A DNA stretch of 63,495 nucleotides, counting the filler, from Lentisphaeria bacterium (GTDB taxonomy: Bacteria > Verrucomicrobiota > Lentisphaeria > JABSQK01 > JAWLHB01), in assembly GCA_041690595.1 (NCBI GenBank). It is 3 parts of 3 records of this genome, joined end to end, with 100 filler letters (N's around TTAATTAATTAA, not from the genome) between each part and the next. Parts side by side here need not be neighbours in the genome. Positions count along the whole stretch, not along the records: positions 1 to 22,174 come from JAWLHB010000071.1; 2 more parts are not named here. One strand, 5' to 3'. Positions 1 to 9,899 of this stretch are shown piece after piece. How positions within the stretch are numbered: position 1 is the stretch's first letter; every line of letters begins with the position of its first letter. The translations under genes were made by a program, and so were the position numbers. The notes beneath the pieces were generated by a model. It was not told the DNA's origin. It searched no databases and saw only the letters and a program-made list of their open reading frames with translations.

Positions 1-568
1 GCCGGCCATGAGGGCCGATCGACCAACCCGACGACCGGTTGATCGTCCCTGCCGCGGTGTCTTCTGCGAGGGGTGCTACTGCACTCCGTCGTGCCAACGA
101 ACGAGGAACGCGCCAGCCACAGGATCGAGGGCGACATCCGCCATCTCCAGCAGCTCGGAGCCGAGAATTCCCTCGAAGCTCCCGTTGCCGTTCAAAAACT
201 GCGCGAGCTCGGGTGGTTGGTTCGCCGCTCTCGTTCGCGCACCACTAACGATGTGTGGAGTTGGATTTGGGGCCGCGCTCCGGGGACGCGACCGGCGGGA
301 CGTGTTTGGGTCGGTAGCGCCAACTGTCGTAGTTGGCCCTGGTGTCGGTCGTCCCGGAGGCGTGCGTGGAGGGCACCGTGGGCGTGAACGGAAGCGGGCG
401 GCGGGAAGAGCTGGGTCAGACCGATTTCCGCCGACCCTCGTCCGTATTCATCGGCTACCATCTGGTTTCGGTCGCTATACTGTCGCATCCTTTAGTCAGT
501 CTGCCTCCTGTTCCGGATGAGGTAATGTCTCCGGATGTGGGGCGGCCGCTGCAAAACAGGAACGGTAG

Positions 569-789
569 ATGATCAACGAGCCTTGGGTTTTTGGTCGACA
601 ACCTCGCGAAGCATCTCGGAGTGGCCAAATTCCATCCATTGATGGATAGACCACAAGCGACTGCCAGCCCACAAGATCGGCAGATTGTGGAAGTTCAAGC
701 TTTCAGAGGTGGATGACTGGGTGCGAGCAGGCGCCGCCTCTGGTGACGACCCGGGGCAGCAAGGAGAGAGAGGGCGGGGCGATGCATGA
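569..789 (+). pseudogene. Degraded excisionase-like (HTH_17/MerR-type) DNA-binding protein
   Basis: Stitching three frames gives MINEPWV/VDNLAKHLGVAK/SIH*WIDHKRLPAHKIGRLWKFKLSEVDDWVRAG, the typical small excisionase-family HTH often found upstream of RM/defence operons. Two frameshifts and one in-frame TGA are present. Confidence 0.75.
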
Positions 790-851
790 GTCGCAGGTGG
801 TGACCACGGGAATGAGTCACGGCGGTATACGAACAATGTTGGAAGTCAACG

Positions 852-1880
852 ATGTCTAGCATCGCCTGCGTGGACCTGTTCTGTGGCGCGGGTGGGCTGA
901 CTCACGGTCTCCAGTTGGAAGGAATCCCCGTCACGGCCGGTATCGATTTGGATCCGGCCTGTCGCCATCCCTACGAGTCCAACAACGACACTAGATTCAT
1001 ACAGCGTGATATCAGCAAAGTGCGGCCGAAGGAATTGCTGGCACTGTTCGGGAATGCCGATGTTCGGGTACTTGCGGGCTGTGCGCCCTGCCAGCCGTTC
1101 TCAACATACGCACAGCGCTACCAGCTGAACCCGGAGGACGGTAAATGGGGGCTTCTGTATCAGTTCGGCCGACTGGTGCGAGGGGCGCGTCCGGACATAG
1201 TTACGATGGAGAACGTGCCAACGGTAGCGAAGCATGCGGTCTTCGACGACTTCGTTCGTGCCTTGAAGCGACTCGGATATTGCGTGTGGTACGACGTCGT
1301 AGATAGCTCAGCCTATGGCGTTCCTCAGACCAGAAAGCGGATGGTGCTCTTGGCCTCAAGGATTGGTGACATAAGCATGATTCATCCCACTCATAACAAG
1401 CCGCGGACCGTTCGGCAGGCGATCGGTCGCCTACGGCCCCTCGTTGCGGGAGAAGCATCGCCACGGGACCCATTACATACCGCGGCGACGCTTTCCGATA
1501 CGAACTTGAAACGCATCAGGGCGTCTAAGCCGGGAGGCAGCTGGAAAGATTGGCCGGATCATCTGGTCGCGAAATGCCATCGTGCAGATACTGGGAGAAG
1601 TTACCCAGCCGTCTATGGCCGAATGGAATGGGATAAGCCCGCGCCGACGATGACGACTCAGTGCTATGGCTTTGGCAGTGGTCGATTCGGTCACCCTGAG
1701 CAAGATCGAGCCATATCTCTTCGTGAGGCCGCACTACTTCAGAGCTTCCCCCGAGATTATTCCTTTACCGCCGACAATGGTGCGATCAACTTCAAGGTAC
1801 TTGGGCGCCTCATCGGGAATGCGGTACCGGTCAACCTGGGCCGCGCGATCGGGCGAAGCATCAACCAACACTTAGACTAA
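852..1880 (+). CDS. drmMII: DNA (cytosine-5)-methyltransferase (DrmMII-like / Dcm family)
   Basis: Motif I DLFCGAGG, motif IV GCAPCQPFS, motif VI ENV, motif VIII PQTRKR, motif X GNAVP; followed directly by Vsr. Confidence 0.9.
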   Translation: MSSIACVDLFCGAGGLTHGLQLEGIPVTAGIDLDPACRHPYESNNDTRFIQRDISKVRPKELLALFGNADVRVLAGCAPCQPFSTYAQRYQLNPEDGKWGLLYQFGRLVRGARPDIVTMENVPTVAKHAVFDDFVRALKRLGYCVWYDVVDSSAYGVPQTRKRMVLLASRIGDISMIHPTHNKPRTVRQAIGRLRPLVAGEASPRDPLHTAATLSDTNLKRIRASKPGGSWKDWPDHLVAKCHRADTGRSYPAVYGRMEWDKPAPTMTTQCYGFGSGRFGHPEQDRAISLREAALLQSFPRDYSFTADNGAINFKVLGRLIGNAVPVNLGRAIGRSINQHLD

Positions 1881-2371
1881 TGAGGCAGGAGGTGACGCGC
1901 GTAAAGCCATCATCGCCAGACAGCAGCCGCCGAATGGCAAGGGTGCGCCAATCCGGAACCAAGGCCGAACTCGCTTTGCGACATGAACTGTCCCGTCTGG
2001 CACTGAGATACCGCGTCAACTATCCGGTCCTCGAGAAGCCTCGCAGAGTCGCCGATATCGTCTTCCCTAGACTGCGAATCGCCGTCTTCGTGGATGGTTG
2101 CTTCTGGCATGGCTGTCCGTTACACGCCACCTGGCCAAAGCAGAACGCGGATTTCTGGCGGGAGAAGATTGAAACGAATAGGGCAAGAGATGGCGACACC
2201 GATCGTCGGCTTCGCGCCGAAGGGTGGGAAGTGATCCGGATATGGGAGCACGAATCGCCGTGCGATGCGGCTTCTCGCGTGAAGAGATCAGTATGGGCTC
2301 GAAAGAAAAAATCCGATGCACTCAATGGTAGCGCAAAACGACCAAGCAACAAGCGCGGGGGACATCGGTAA
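1880..2371 (+). CDS. vsr: Very short patch repair endonuclease
   Basis: Motifs SRRMARVRQSGTKAELALR, DIVFPRLRIAVFVDGCFWHGCPLH, FWREKIETNRARD and GWEVIRIWEHE; TAATG overlap with the methyltransferase gene. Confidence 0.95.
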   Translation: MRQEVTRVKPSSPDSSRRMARVRQSGTKAELALRHELSRLALRYRVNYPVLEKPRRVADIVFPRLRIAVFVDGCFWHGCPLHATWPKQNADFWREKIETNRARDGDTDRRLRAEGWEVIRIWEHESPCDAASRVKRSVWARKKKSDALNGSAKRPSNKRGGHR

Positions 2372-5300
2372 TGGCGGATACGGCTCCAGGCGGAGAAGCA
2401 TACCGGGCTTTGCCGGAGTCTGGGCAACTGGTAGAGGTCAGAAGACGCCAGTGGCTAGTCGCCGACGTTCACTCGGCCTCACTTTCTTCGGGCCTGGGAG
2501 TTCTTAGCGTCCGAGAGGGCGCTGCCGATTATCAAGTCGGAACCGGGGCTGCTAGTACCTTCGAAACGCAAAATCTCGTCCGTTTGAGTTCCATCGACGA
2601 AGATGGCCTCGGCGAGGAGTTGGAGGTCATCTGGGAGATCGAACCCGGCGCACAAGTCATCGAGCGTGCGGGCCTGCCTTCCATTACCGGGCAAGACGAC
2701 TCCGACACGCTCGAAGCCTTTCTTGATGCAGTGCGATGGGGTGCCGTCACCAATGCAGACCGAGGGTTTCTGCAGGCGCCGTTCCGCAGCGGCGTCAGCA
2801 TCGAGGACTTTCAGCTCGACCCTCTCGTACGCGCCATCGACATGGCCCGCGTCAACCTCCTCATCGCCGACGACGTCGGCTTGGGCAAGACCATCGAAGC
2901 GGGGCTGGTCATCCAGGAGATGCTACTCCGGCACCGCGCCCGTACCGTCTTGATCATCTGCCCCGCTTCGCTCCAGGAGAAGTGGCGTGTCGAGATGCTG
3001 GAGAAGTTCGGCCTCGACTTCCGCGTGGTCGACACTGCCTACATCAAGCAATTGCGGCGTGAACGCGGCATACACGCCAATCCATGGACCTCGCACCCAC
3101 GACTGATCGCTTCGATGGACTGGGCCAAGAGTGGTGAGGGTTTGCGAAGCATACGGGATGTCCTCCCACCACATGCCGACCATCCACGGCGCTTCGATCT
3201 GCTGGTCGTCGACGAAGCGCACAACGTTGCCCCTGCAGCCGGGGCTCACTACGCCCTCGAGAGTCAGCGGACCCGCTTCATCCGCGCGATCAGCCCGCAC
3301 TTCCAGCATCGCCTTTTCCTGACCGCCACGCCGCACAATGGCTACACCGAGTCTTTCACCTCGCTGCTGGAGTTGCTGGACGACCAGCGCTTCGCCCGAA
3401 ACATTCTCCCCGACGAGAAGCAGTTGAGTCAGGTAATGATCCGTCGCCTGAAGAGCGATCTCGTCGATGCTGACGGCAAGCCCCTGTATGCCCAGCGCAA
3501 ACTCCAGGCGCTGGCTGTTCCTTACACGGATGAGGAACGGGAGATACACCAGAAACTGACCGACTACTGTGCCAGTCGCGAGAAAGACGCGGAGAAGACC
3601 GGCAGCACATTCGGCACCTCGTTCGTCAATCAACTGCTCAAGAAACGATTGTCCTCATCGCCCGCCGCGTTCGCTTCCACGCTCGAGAAGCACGTCGCCT
3701 CGCTGTCGAATGGCGCCAAGCCCAAGGCGAAAGATGCTATGACCGAGCGCATCCTGCGCAAAGCCATCCTGAAAGCCGACGAGGATTACGCCGACGACCA
3801 GGAAGTCGAGAACGCCCAGTCGGAGGCCGTCGAGGAGGCATCACGCCGATCCCAGCCGCTGACTCACGAACAGCAACACATGCTGACCGATCTGAGGCAA
3901 TGGGCGCAGCGCGCCAAGAACCAGACCGACTCCAAGGCCAGAGCCATCCTCGATTGGCTCTCAGCCAATCTGAAACCGGGAGGTCACTGGAACGATCGCC
4001 GCGTGATCTTGTTCACCGAATACCGCACCACCCACCAGTGGATGCACGAGATCCTCGCCAGCCATGGTTTCGGTGGCGAACGACTCGGTCTGCTCCACGG
4101 AGGACTCACTCAGGGTGAGCGTGAGCCCACCAAGGCAGCCTTCCAGGCATCTCCCAAGGATTCCCCCGTCCGCATCCTGCTCGCCACGGATGCGGCCTCC
4201 GAAGGTATCGACCTGCAGAACCACTGCAATTGCCTCATCCACCTGGAGATCCCCTACAACCCCAACGTGATGGAGCAGCGCAACGGGCGTATCGACCGTC
4301 ACGGACAACGCGAGAAAGAGGTGCTGATCTGGCACCCCGTCGACGGCGGTGACAAAAGTCATCCCTCGGTCGGTGGCCATGGTGACGACATCCTGCGTGC
4401 GCTGCGCAAACTGGAGTCGATGCGCGCCGACATGGGCAGCGTCAATCCGGTCATCGCGCCCCAGATGTCCGGGCTCATCGAAGGCTCGCTGAAGGATCTG
4501 GACACCCGCCTCGCGGAGGCCAAGATTGCCAAGGCCAGGCGCTTCGTGCGTGCCGAACGTGAGATGAAGGAGCGCGTCGCAAAGCTCCATGAACGACTCC
4601 TCGCCACCCAGCAGGATTTTCACCTCACGCCCGATCACATCCAGATGTCGGTGAAGACTGGTCTCGCGCTGGCGGGCCGCCCCCCGTTGGAACCCGTCGC
4701 CCTCGCAGATGCACCCCAAGGCAGCGCATTCAGGATGCCACCGCTCTCGGGATCATGGGCGCGCTGTCTGGAGGGCCTGCGTCACCCGCATACCCAACAG
4801 ATACGCCCCATCACCTTCGACCACGCCGTGGCCAAGGGGCGAGACGATGTCGTGTTGGTCCACCTGAATCATCGATTGGTGCAGATGTGCCTGCGGCTGT
4901 TGCGCGCCGAGGTCTGGGCGCAGGACGACGTGAAGAAACTCCATCGCGTCACCGTGAGCACATTGCCGGATGGCAGCATCGAGGGTCCGGCTGTGGTCGT
5001 CATCTCGCGGCTGGTCATCACCGGTGGCAACCACCATCGCCTTCACGAGGAACTGACCGTCTCGGGCGGCCATCTGCGCGATCAGTCGTTCCGGCGCGAA
5101 GAGGGCGTCACGCGTGTCCAGCAGTGGCTGGACGAGGCGCAGCCCATCACGGCGAACGATTCGCTGTTCGATGCCCTTCGGGTGCGCTTCGATCGCACTC
5201 GCCCCGCCATCCTGCAGGCAGTCGACGTCCGCTCGAAAGATCGACTCAAGTTTCTGGCCAACACGCTGCAGACCCGCAAGCAACGAGAGATGGACGACAT

Positions 5301-5574
5301 CGGCGCCGTGCTGGACGAGCTCGAGAAGGCGATTCAGAGCGAACTGAAAAAGGACCAGCAGCCCGAGCAGATGTCGCTGTTCACCGAGGACGAGCGCACC
5401 CAACTCAGGCGCGATACAGCCGCGCTGGAGGCGCGCCTCGCGCGCATTCCGGCCGAGCGCATCCAGGAGGTGCAGGCCATCGAGACCCGCTATGCCAAGC
5501 TCGATGATCGCACCTTCCCGGTTGCAGTCGTCTTCCTGGTTCCTGAGTCAGCCATGAAAGGGGGTGCGGCATGA
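2371..5574 (+). CDS. drmD: DISARM SNF2-like helicase DrmD
   Basis: LIADDVGLGKT (Walker A), DEAH, LTATP, ATDAASEGIDLQ, EQRNGRIDRHGQ; positioned immediately before the adenine MTase. Confidence 0.92.
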   Translation: MADTAPGGEAYRALPESGQLVEVRRRQWLVADVHSASLSSGLGVLSVREGAADYQVGTGAASTFETQNLVRLSSIDEDGLGEELEVIWEIEPGAQVIERAGLPSITGQDDSDTLEAFLDAVRWGAVTNADRGFLQAPFRSGVSIEDFQLDPLVRAIDMARVNLLIADDVGLGKTIEAGLVIQEMLLRHRARTVLIICPASLQEKWRVEMLEKFGLDFRVVDTAYIKQLRRERGIHANPWTSHPRLIASMDWAKSGEGLRSIRDVLPPHADHPRRFDLLVVDEAHNVAPAAGAHYALESQRTRFIRAISPHFQHRLFLTATPHNGYTESFTSLLELLDDQRFARNILPDEKQLSQVMIRRLKSDLVDADGKPLYAQRKLQALAVPYTDEEREIHQKLTDYCASREKDAEKTGSTFGTSFVNQLLKKRLSSSPAAFASTLEKHVASLSNGAKPKAKDAMTERILRKAILKADEDYADDQEVENAQSEAVEEASRRSQPLTHEQQHMLTDLRQWAQRAKNQTDSKARAILDWLSANLKPGGHWNDRRVILFTEYRTTHQWMHEILASHGFGGERLGLLHGGLTQGEREPTKAAFQASPKDSPVRILLATDAASEGIDLQNHCNCLIHLEIPYNPNVMEQRNGRIDRHGQREKEVLIWHPVDGGDKSHPSVGGHGDDILRALRKLESMRADMGSVNPVIAPQMSGLIEGSLKDLDTRLAEAKIAKARRFVRAEREMKERVAKLHERLLATQQDFHLTPDHIQMSVKTGLALAGRPPLEPVALADAPQGSAFRMPPLSGSWARCLEGLRHPHTQQIRPITFDHAVAKGRDDVVLVHLNHRLVQMCLRLLRAEVWAQDDVKKLHRVTVSTLPDGSIEGPAVVVISRLVITGGNHHRLHEELTVSGGHLRDQSFRREEGVTRVQQWLDEAQPITANDSLFDALRVRFDRTRPAILQAVDVRSKDRLKFLANTLQTRKQREMDDIGAVLDELEKAIQSELKKDQQPEQMSLFTEDERTQLRRDTAALEARLARIPAERIQEVQAIETRYAKLDDRTFPVAVVFLVPESAMKGGAA

Positions 5575-8500
5575 GCAATCACGACCTGCACCACGACTGG
5601 CTCGGGCTGATCGAGATCTCCGGTCCGTTCCTCGCCGTTCCCGTTCTCAAGGAGGCCTTTCCCCAAGGCCTGGAAGAGCTCGACGGAATCAAGCGCAAAC
5701 GGCTGCGACAGGCATATGAGGAATGGCGTGAGGCGCTAGAGACGGATGATCCACAATTTCCCGAGCTGCACACCGCCTGGATCGATGAGGTATTGGCGCG
5801 TGGCTTGGAAATAGATGAGGATGGCAAAGCCGACGTCCTGAAGCGCGCCGACTGGTGTGCGGCCAACCTGCGTGCCGCCCTGCCAGAGCATGGCGTCATG
5901 CTGGCTCCGGATCTCGCTGTGATCGATGAGCAGCGTGGCACTAAGCCGCTGATGCACATCCACACCTACGGCCAGGATGTCGACCTCGATGCCACCCTGA
6001 AGCAGGATGGATGGGCCGCCACCCCGGCCGATCGCATGGTTCAGTTGTGCCGCGCCACAGGCTGCCGCCTCGGGCTAGTGACCAATGGCGAGCGCTGGAT
6101 GCTGGTCGATGCCCCAGTGGGCGCCGTCACCACCTTCGCCAGCTGGTACGCCCGCATCTGGAGCCAGGAGCCCATCACCCTCCAGGCATTCGTGCATCTG
6201 CTGGGCATTCGTCGCTTCTTCGTCGATGAAGCCGAGCAACTGCCGGCACTGTTCGACCGCTCGCTGAAGTATCAGGATGAAGTCACCGACGCCCTCGGTG
6301 AGCAGGTGCGGCGCGCCGTGGAAGTGCTGATCCAGGCGCTCGACAAGGCCGACCAGGACCGCGATCGCGAGTTGCTGCGCGACGTGAAGGAGCCCGTGCT
6401 CTACGAGGCCGCGCTGACGGTGATGATGCGTCTGGTGTTCCTGCTCGCGGCCGAAGAGCGCGGCTTGCTCTTGCTCGGCGACGAGCGCTACGAGGCCAAC
6501 TACGCGCTCTCGACCCTGCGCATGCAGCTGCGCAAAGAATCCGAGGAGATCCTCGAACGCCGCTGGGATGCCTGGTCGCGCCTGCTGGCGATCTTCCGCG
6601 CCGTATTCGGCGGCATCGAACACGAAAACCTGCGACTGCCCGCACTGGGTGGCTCGCTGTTCGACCCGGATCGGTTCCCCTTCCTGGAGGGTCGCGCAAA
6701 GGGCTCCGACTGGCGTACCGACACGGCCAAACCGCTGCCCATCGACAACCGCACCGTGCTGCTGTTGCTGGAGGCCATCCAGCAGTTCCAGGGCAGGACG
6801 CTGTCCTACCGCGCGCTGGACGTCGAACAGATCGGCTACGTCTACGAAGGTCTGCTGGAGCGTACCGTCAAACGCACCGCCGAGGTCACGCTGGAACTGG
6901 GTGGCACCAAGAATGCCAAGGCCCCCTGGGTCAGGTTGGCCGAGCTGGAATCCGCCCGTCTCGACGGCGCTGAACGTCTGGCCGAATTGCTTCAGGAACG
7001 CTCCGGCAGTTCCGCCAGCCGTGTGCGCAACGATCTGGCCAAGCCGGTCGACGATACCCTTGCCGACCGTCTGCTGGCCGCCTGCCATGGGGACACCAGC
7101 CTTCGTAACCGCATCAAGCCCTTTGCCCATCTGGTACGCACCGATCCATGGGGCTATCCGCTGGTCTACCCTGCCGGGGCCTTCATCGTCACCACCGGCT
7201 CCGACCGTCGCGAGACGGGTACTCACTACACGCCGAAATGGCTCACCGAGGCCATCGTCACCGAGACCCTGACGCCGATCGCCTACGGGGGACCGGCAGA
7301 AGGCACCCCGCGTGAGCAGTGGGTGCTGAAATCCCCCGCCGAACTGCTGGACCTGAAGATATGCGACCCGGCCATGGGCTCAGGCGCCTTCCTGGTGCAG
7401 GCCTGCCGCTGGCTGGCTGATCGCTTGGTCGAGGCTTGGTCACTGGCCGAAGGCAGTGGAAAGACGGTGAGCGTGGATGGCGAAGTGCTGGATGCGCCCG
7501 ACACCAAAGAACCGCTGCCTCGCGACACCGAGGCCCGCACCGTGATCGCCCGCTGCCTCATCGCCGAACGCTGCCTCTACGGTGTGGACCTGAACCCCCT
7601 GGCGGTCGAACTCGCCAAGCTCTCCATCTGGCTGGTGACGCTGGCCAAGGGGCGGCCCTTCGGCTTCCTCGACCATAACCTACGCTGTGGCGACAGCCTG
7701 CTCGGCATCCATCGTCTCGATCAGCTCACCGAGCTCTCAATGGTGCCGACCGGGAAAGGCCAGCAACGCTTGTTCGGGCAGAACATCCAGCAGGCGGTTC
7801 GCGAAGCGATTGAGCTGCGGCAGCGACTGCGCGCGATGCCGATCCGGGACATCCGTGATGTCGAAGCCATGGCAAGCCTGGATGCCGATGCGCGTCGCAG
7901 GCTCGAAGTGCCGGAATGCATCGCCGATGCGTTCATCGGAGAGGTGCTTGCATCGGGCGGCGGCACGGCACTGGAGAACGCGCTGGCGTCGCTGGCCATC
8001 CAAGCCGGACAGGCGATCGACGGCGACCGCGACGCGCTTGCTTTGATGCATCGGCGATCGGTCGTCGCGCTCTCCGCCGAGCTACCCGCAGAGAAGCCCC
8101 CACGTCTACCACTTCATTGGCCGTTGAATTTTCCCGAGGTGTTTGCACGGGACGCTCAGGGTTTCGATGCCGTCGTCGGCAATCCTCCCTTCAGCGGTGG
8201 TCGTTTGATCGGACGCCGTTTTGGTTCGGCGTATCAAGAGTACTTGAAGCTTGTTCGCAATGATGTCGTGGGGTCGCCAGATCTCTGCGTCTATTTCTAT
8301 TTGCGAGCCTTTGTCTTGCTCGCGCCGAAAGGGTGTTTTGGCCTTCTAGCAACAAAGTCGATTACGGAGACTGGGTCCCGCGTAGTTTGTCTGGATCAGA
8401 TTATCGGAGCAGGAGGAATCGTCTATCGGGGGTGCTCAAGGATGGCTTGGCCGGGTAACGCAGCCGTGATCGTCTCAATTGCATGGGTTGCCCGCAATGG

Positions 8501-9899
8501 CTGGCAAGGCCAGAAAGTCTTGGACAATCGAACCGTGCCAGCAATAAATGGTGCACTGGAAGAAGACTTTCAGATCAAGCGTCCAATGAAGCTCAGAGCT
8601 TTGAAGGGCCTGTTCTCCCAAGGCCAGGACTTGATGGGGCGCGGTGGCTTTGAGCTTACGGCCGAAGAGCGCAGGTCGATGCTTAACAATGACCCCAGAT
8701 GTGCGGAGGTGATCATTCCTCTGTTCAACGGGCAAGACCTAAACACCATGCCGAAGCTGGAACCGTATCGCTGGGTAATTTATTTCAGAGATTGGCCAGA
8801 GGAACGGGCGCGCAAATACGAAGCGGCTTTTCGACGTGTTGAAGAGCTTGTTAAACCCTACCGAGAATCTCTCACCGGGCAAATTCACCAGGATTGTTTC
8901 TGGAAATTTTGGGACCTGAGACCCAAGCTCATGGATGAGCTGTCAAGACGCGATCGCATACTTGCGTCTTCTAGAAGGTCAAAGCACTTGTGCTTCCGAT
9001 TTGTTTCGACAAGCTTCGTAATGAATGAAGCAACAAAGTTGTACTTCTTCGACGATTTTTTTGATTTCGCTTGTCTGCAATCGTCCCTGCATACGGTTTG
9101 GGCCTACTGGACGTGTGGAACCATGGGCATGACGACCATGAAGTACTCCACATCTGAGGCTCTCGAAACCTGGCCCATGCCGATAGTTACTGAGCGGGAT
9201 GAGCTTGACCATCTCGGTGGTCTTTATCACAGACTCCGGGATGAGTTTATGGCCGACGACTCAATTGGAATGACTCAAGTTTACAACCGCTTCCATGATC
9301 CACTGGATAGTGATTCCCGTGTTGAAGCAATACGCGAACTTCATCAGGAAATTGATCTGGCAATCACTCGCGCTTATCGCTGGGACGACCTCGACCTTGG
9401 TCACGGTTTCCACGAAGTGCCTTATCTGCCGGAGAACGACCGCGTTCGCTTCACCATTTCGGAGTCCGCGCGTATCGAAGTGCTGCGGCGGCTGTCGGAG
9501 TTGAACCGACAGCGTTACGAGGAAGAAGTCGCCCGAGGCTTGCACGGAGCCAAGACCACAGGATCGGCGACCCGTGCCCCACGCAACAAGCGAACCGGGC
9601 ACGCAGCTACATCACAGCCCTCATTGGACTTTGATGCTAGCCCAGCAAACGAGGGCAACAACCTTACGGCTGCCGAACCGCGCGGCCAGTATAACGCAGC
9701 CCCAGTTCACGCCGTCTTCGAGCACCTGAAAGCCCATTCCGGTTGGCGCGCCAAGTCCGACATCCTCGCCGCGACCGGGATCACGGACGGGCAGTGGAAC
9801 GCCGCGATCGCCGACCTGATCGCGAGTGGCAGCGTCGAGCGCCACGGTGAGAAGCGCGGAGCGCGTTATAGAGTAGTGACCGAGGGGGCGAAAGAATGA
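5571..9899 (+). CDS. drmMI: DISARM N6-adenine methyltransferase DrmMI (Eco57I/type IIG-like) with C-terminal winged-helix-like tail
   Basis: GTHYTP, ICDPAMGSGAFL (SAM binding), LYGVDLNPLAVELAKLSIWL, VVGNPPF (catalytic), followed by a target-recognition region. Confidence 0.9.
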   Translation: MSNHDLHHDWLGLIEISGPFLAVPVLKEAFPQGLEELDGIKRKRLRQAYEEWREALETDDPQFPELHTAWIDEVLARGLEIDEDGKADVLKRADWCAANLRAALPEHGVMLAPDLAVIDEQRGTKPLMHIHTYGQDVDLDATLKQDGWAATPADRMVQLCRATGCRLGLVTNGERWMLVDAPVGAVTTFASWYARIWSQEPITLQAFVHLLGIRRFFVDEAEQLPALFDRSLKYQDEVTDALGEQVRRAVEVLIQALDKADQDRDRELLRDVKEPVLYEAALTVMMRLVFLLAAEERGLLLLGDERYEANYALSTLRMQLRKESEEILERRWDAWSRLLAIFRAVFGGIEHENLRLPALGGSLFDPDRFPFLEGRAKGSDWRTDTAKPLPIDNRTVLLLLEAIQQFQGRTLSYRALDVEQIGYVYEGLLERTVKRTAEVTLELGGTKNAKAPWVRLAELESARLDGAERLAELLQERSGSSASRVRNDLAKPVDDTLADRLLAACHGDTSLRNRIKPFAHLVRTDPWGYPLVYPAGAFIVTTGSDRRETGTHYTPKWLTEAIVTETLTPIAYGGPAEGTPREQWVLKSPAELLDLKICDPAMGSGAFLVQACRWLADRLVEAWSLAEGSGKTVSVDGEVLDAPDTKEPLPRDTEARTVIARCLIAERCLYGVDLNPLAVELAKLSIWLVTLAKGRPFGFLDHNLRCGDSLLGIHRLDQLTELSMVPTGKGQQRLFGQNIQQAVREAIELRQRLRAMPIRDIRDVEAMASLDADARRRLEVPECIADAFIGEVLASGGGTALENALASLAIQAGQAIDGDRDALALMHRRSVVALSAELPAEKPPRLPLHWPLNFPEVFARDAQGFDAVVGNPPFSGGRLIGRRFGSAYQEYLKLVRNDVVGSPDLCVYFYLRAFVLLAPKGCFGLLATKSITETGSRVVCLDQIIGAGGIVYRGCSRMAWPGNAAVIVSIAWVARNGWQGQKVLDNRTVPAINGALEEDFQIKRPMKLRALKGLFSQGQDLMGRGGFELTAEERRSMLNNDPRCAEVIIPLFNGQDLNTMPKLEPYRWVIYFRDWPEERARKYEAAFRRVEELVKPYRESLTGQIHQDCFWKFWDLRPKLMDELSRRDRILASSRRSKHLCFRFVSTSFVMNEATKLYFFDDFFDFACLQSSLHTVWAYWTCGTMGMTTMKYSTSEALETWPMPIVTERDELDHLGGLYHRLRDEFMADDSIGMTQVYNRFHDPLDSDSRVEAIRELHQEIDLAITRAYRWDDLDLGHGFHEVPYLPENDRVRFTISESARIEVLRRLSELNRQRYEEEVARGLHGAKTTGSATRAPRNKRTGHAATSQPSLDFDASPANEGNNLTAAEPRGQYNAAPVHAVFEHLKAHSGWRAKSDILAATGITDGQWNAAIADLIASGSVERHGEKRGARYRVVTEGAKE

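Noticed and set aside
1..520. ORFs at the window start
   Set aside because: Overlapping low-complexity translations without family motifs; no tRNA or integrase recognised.
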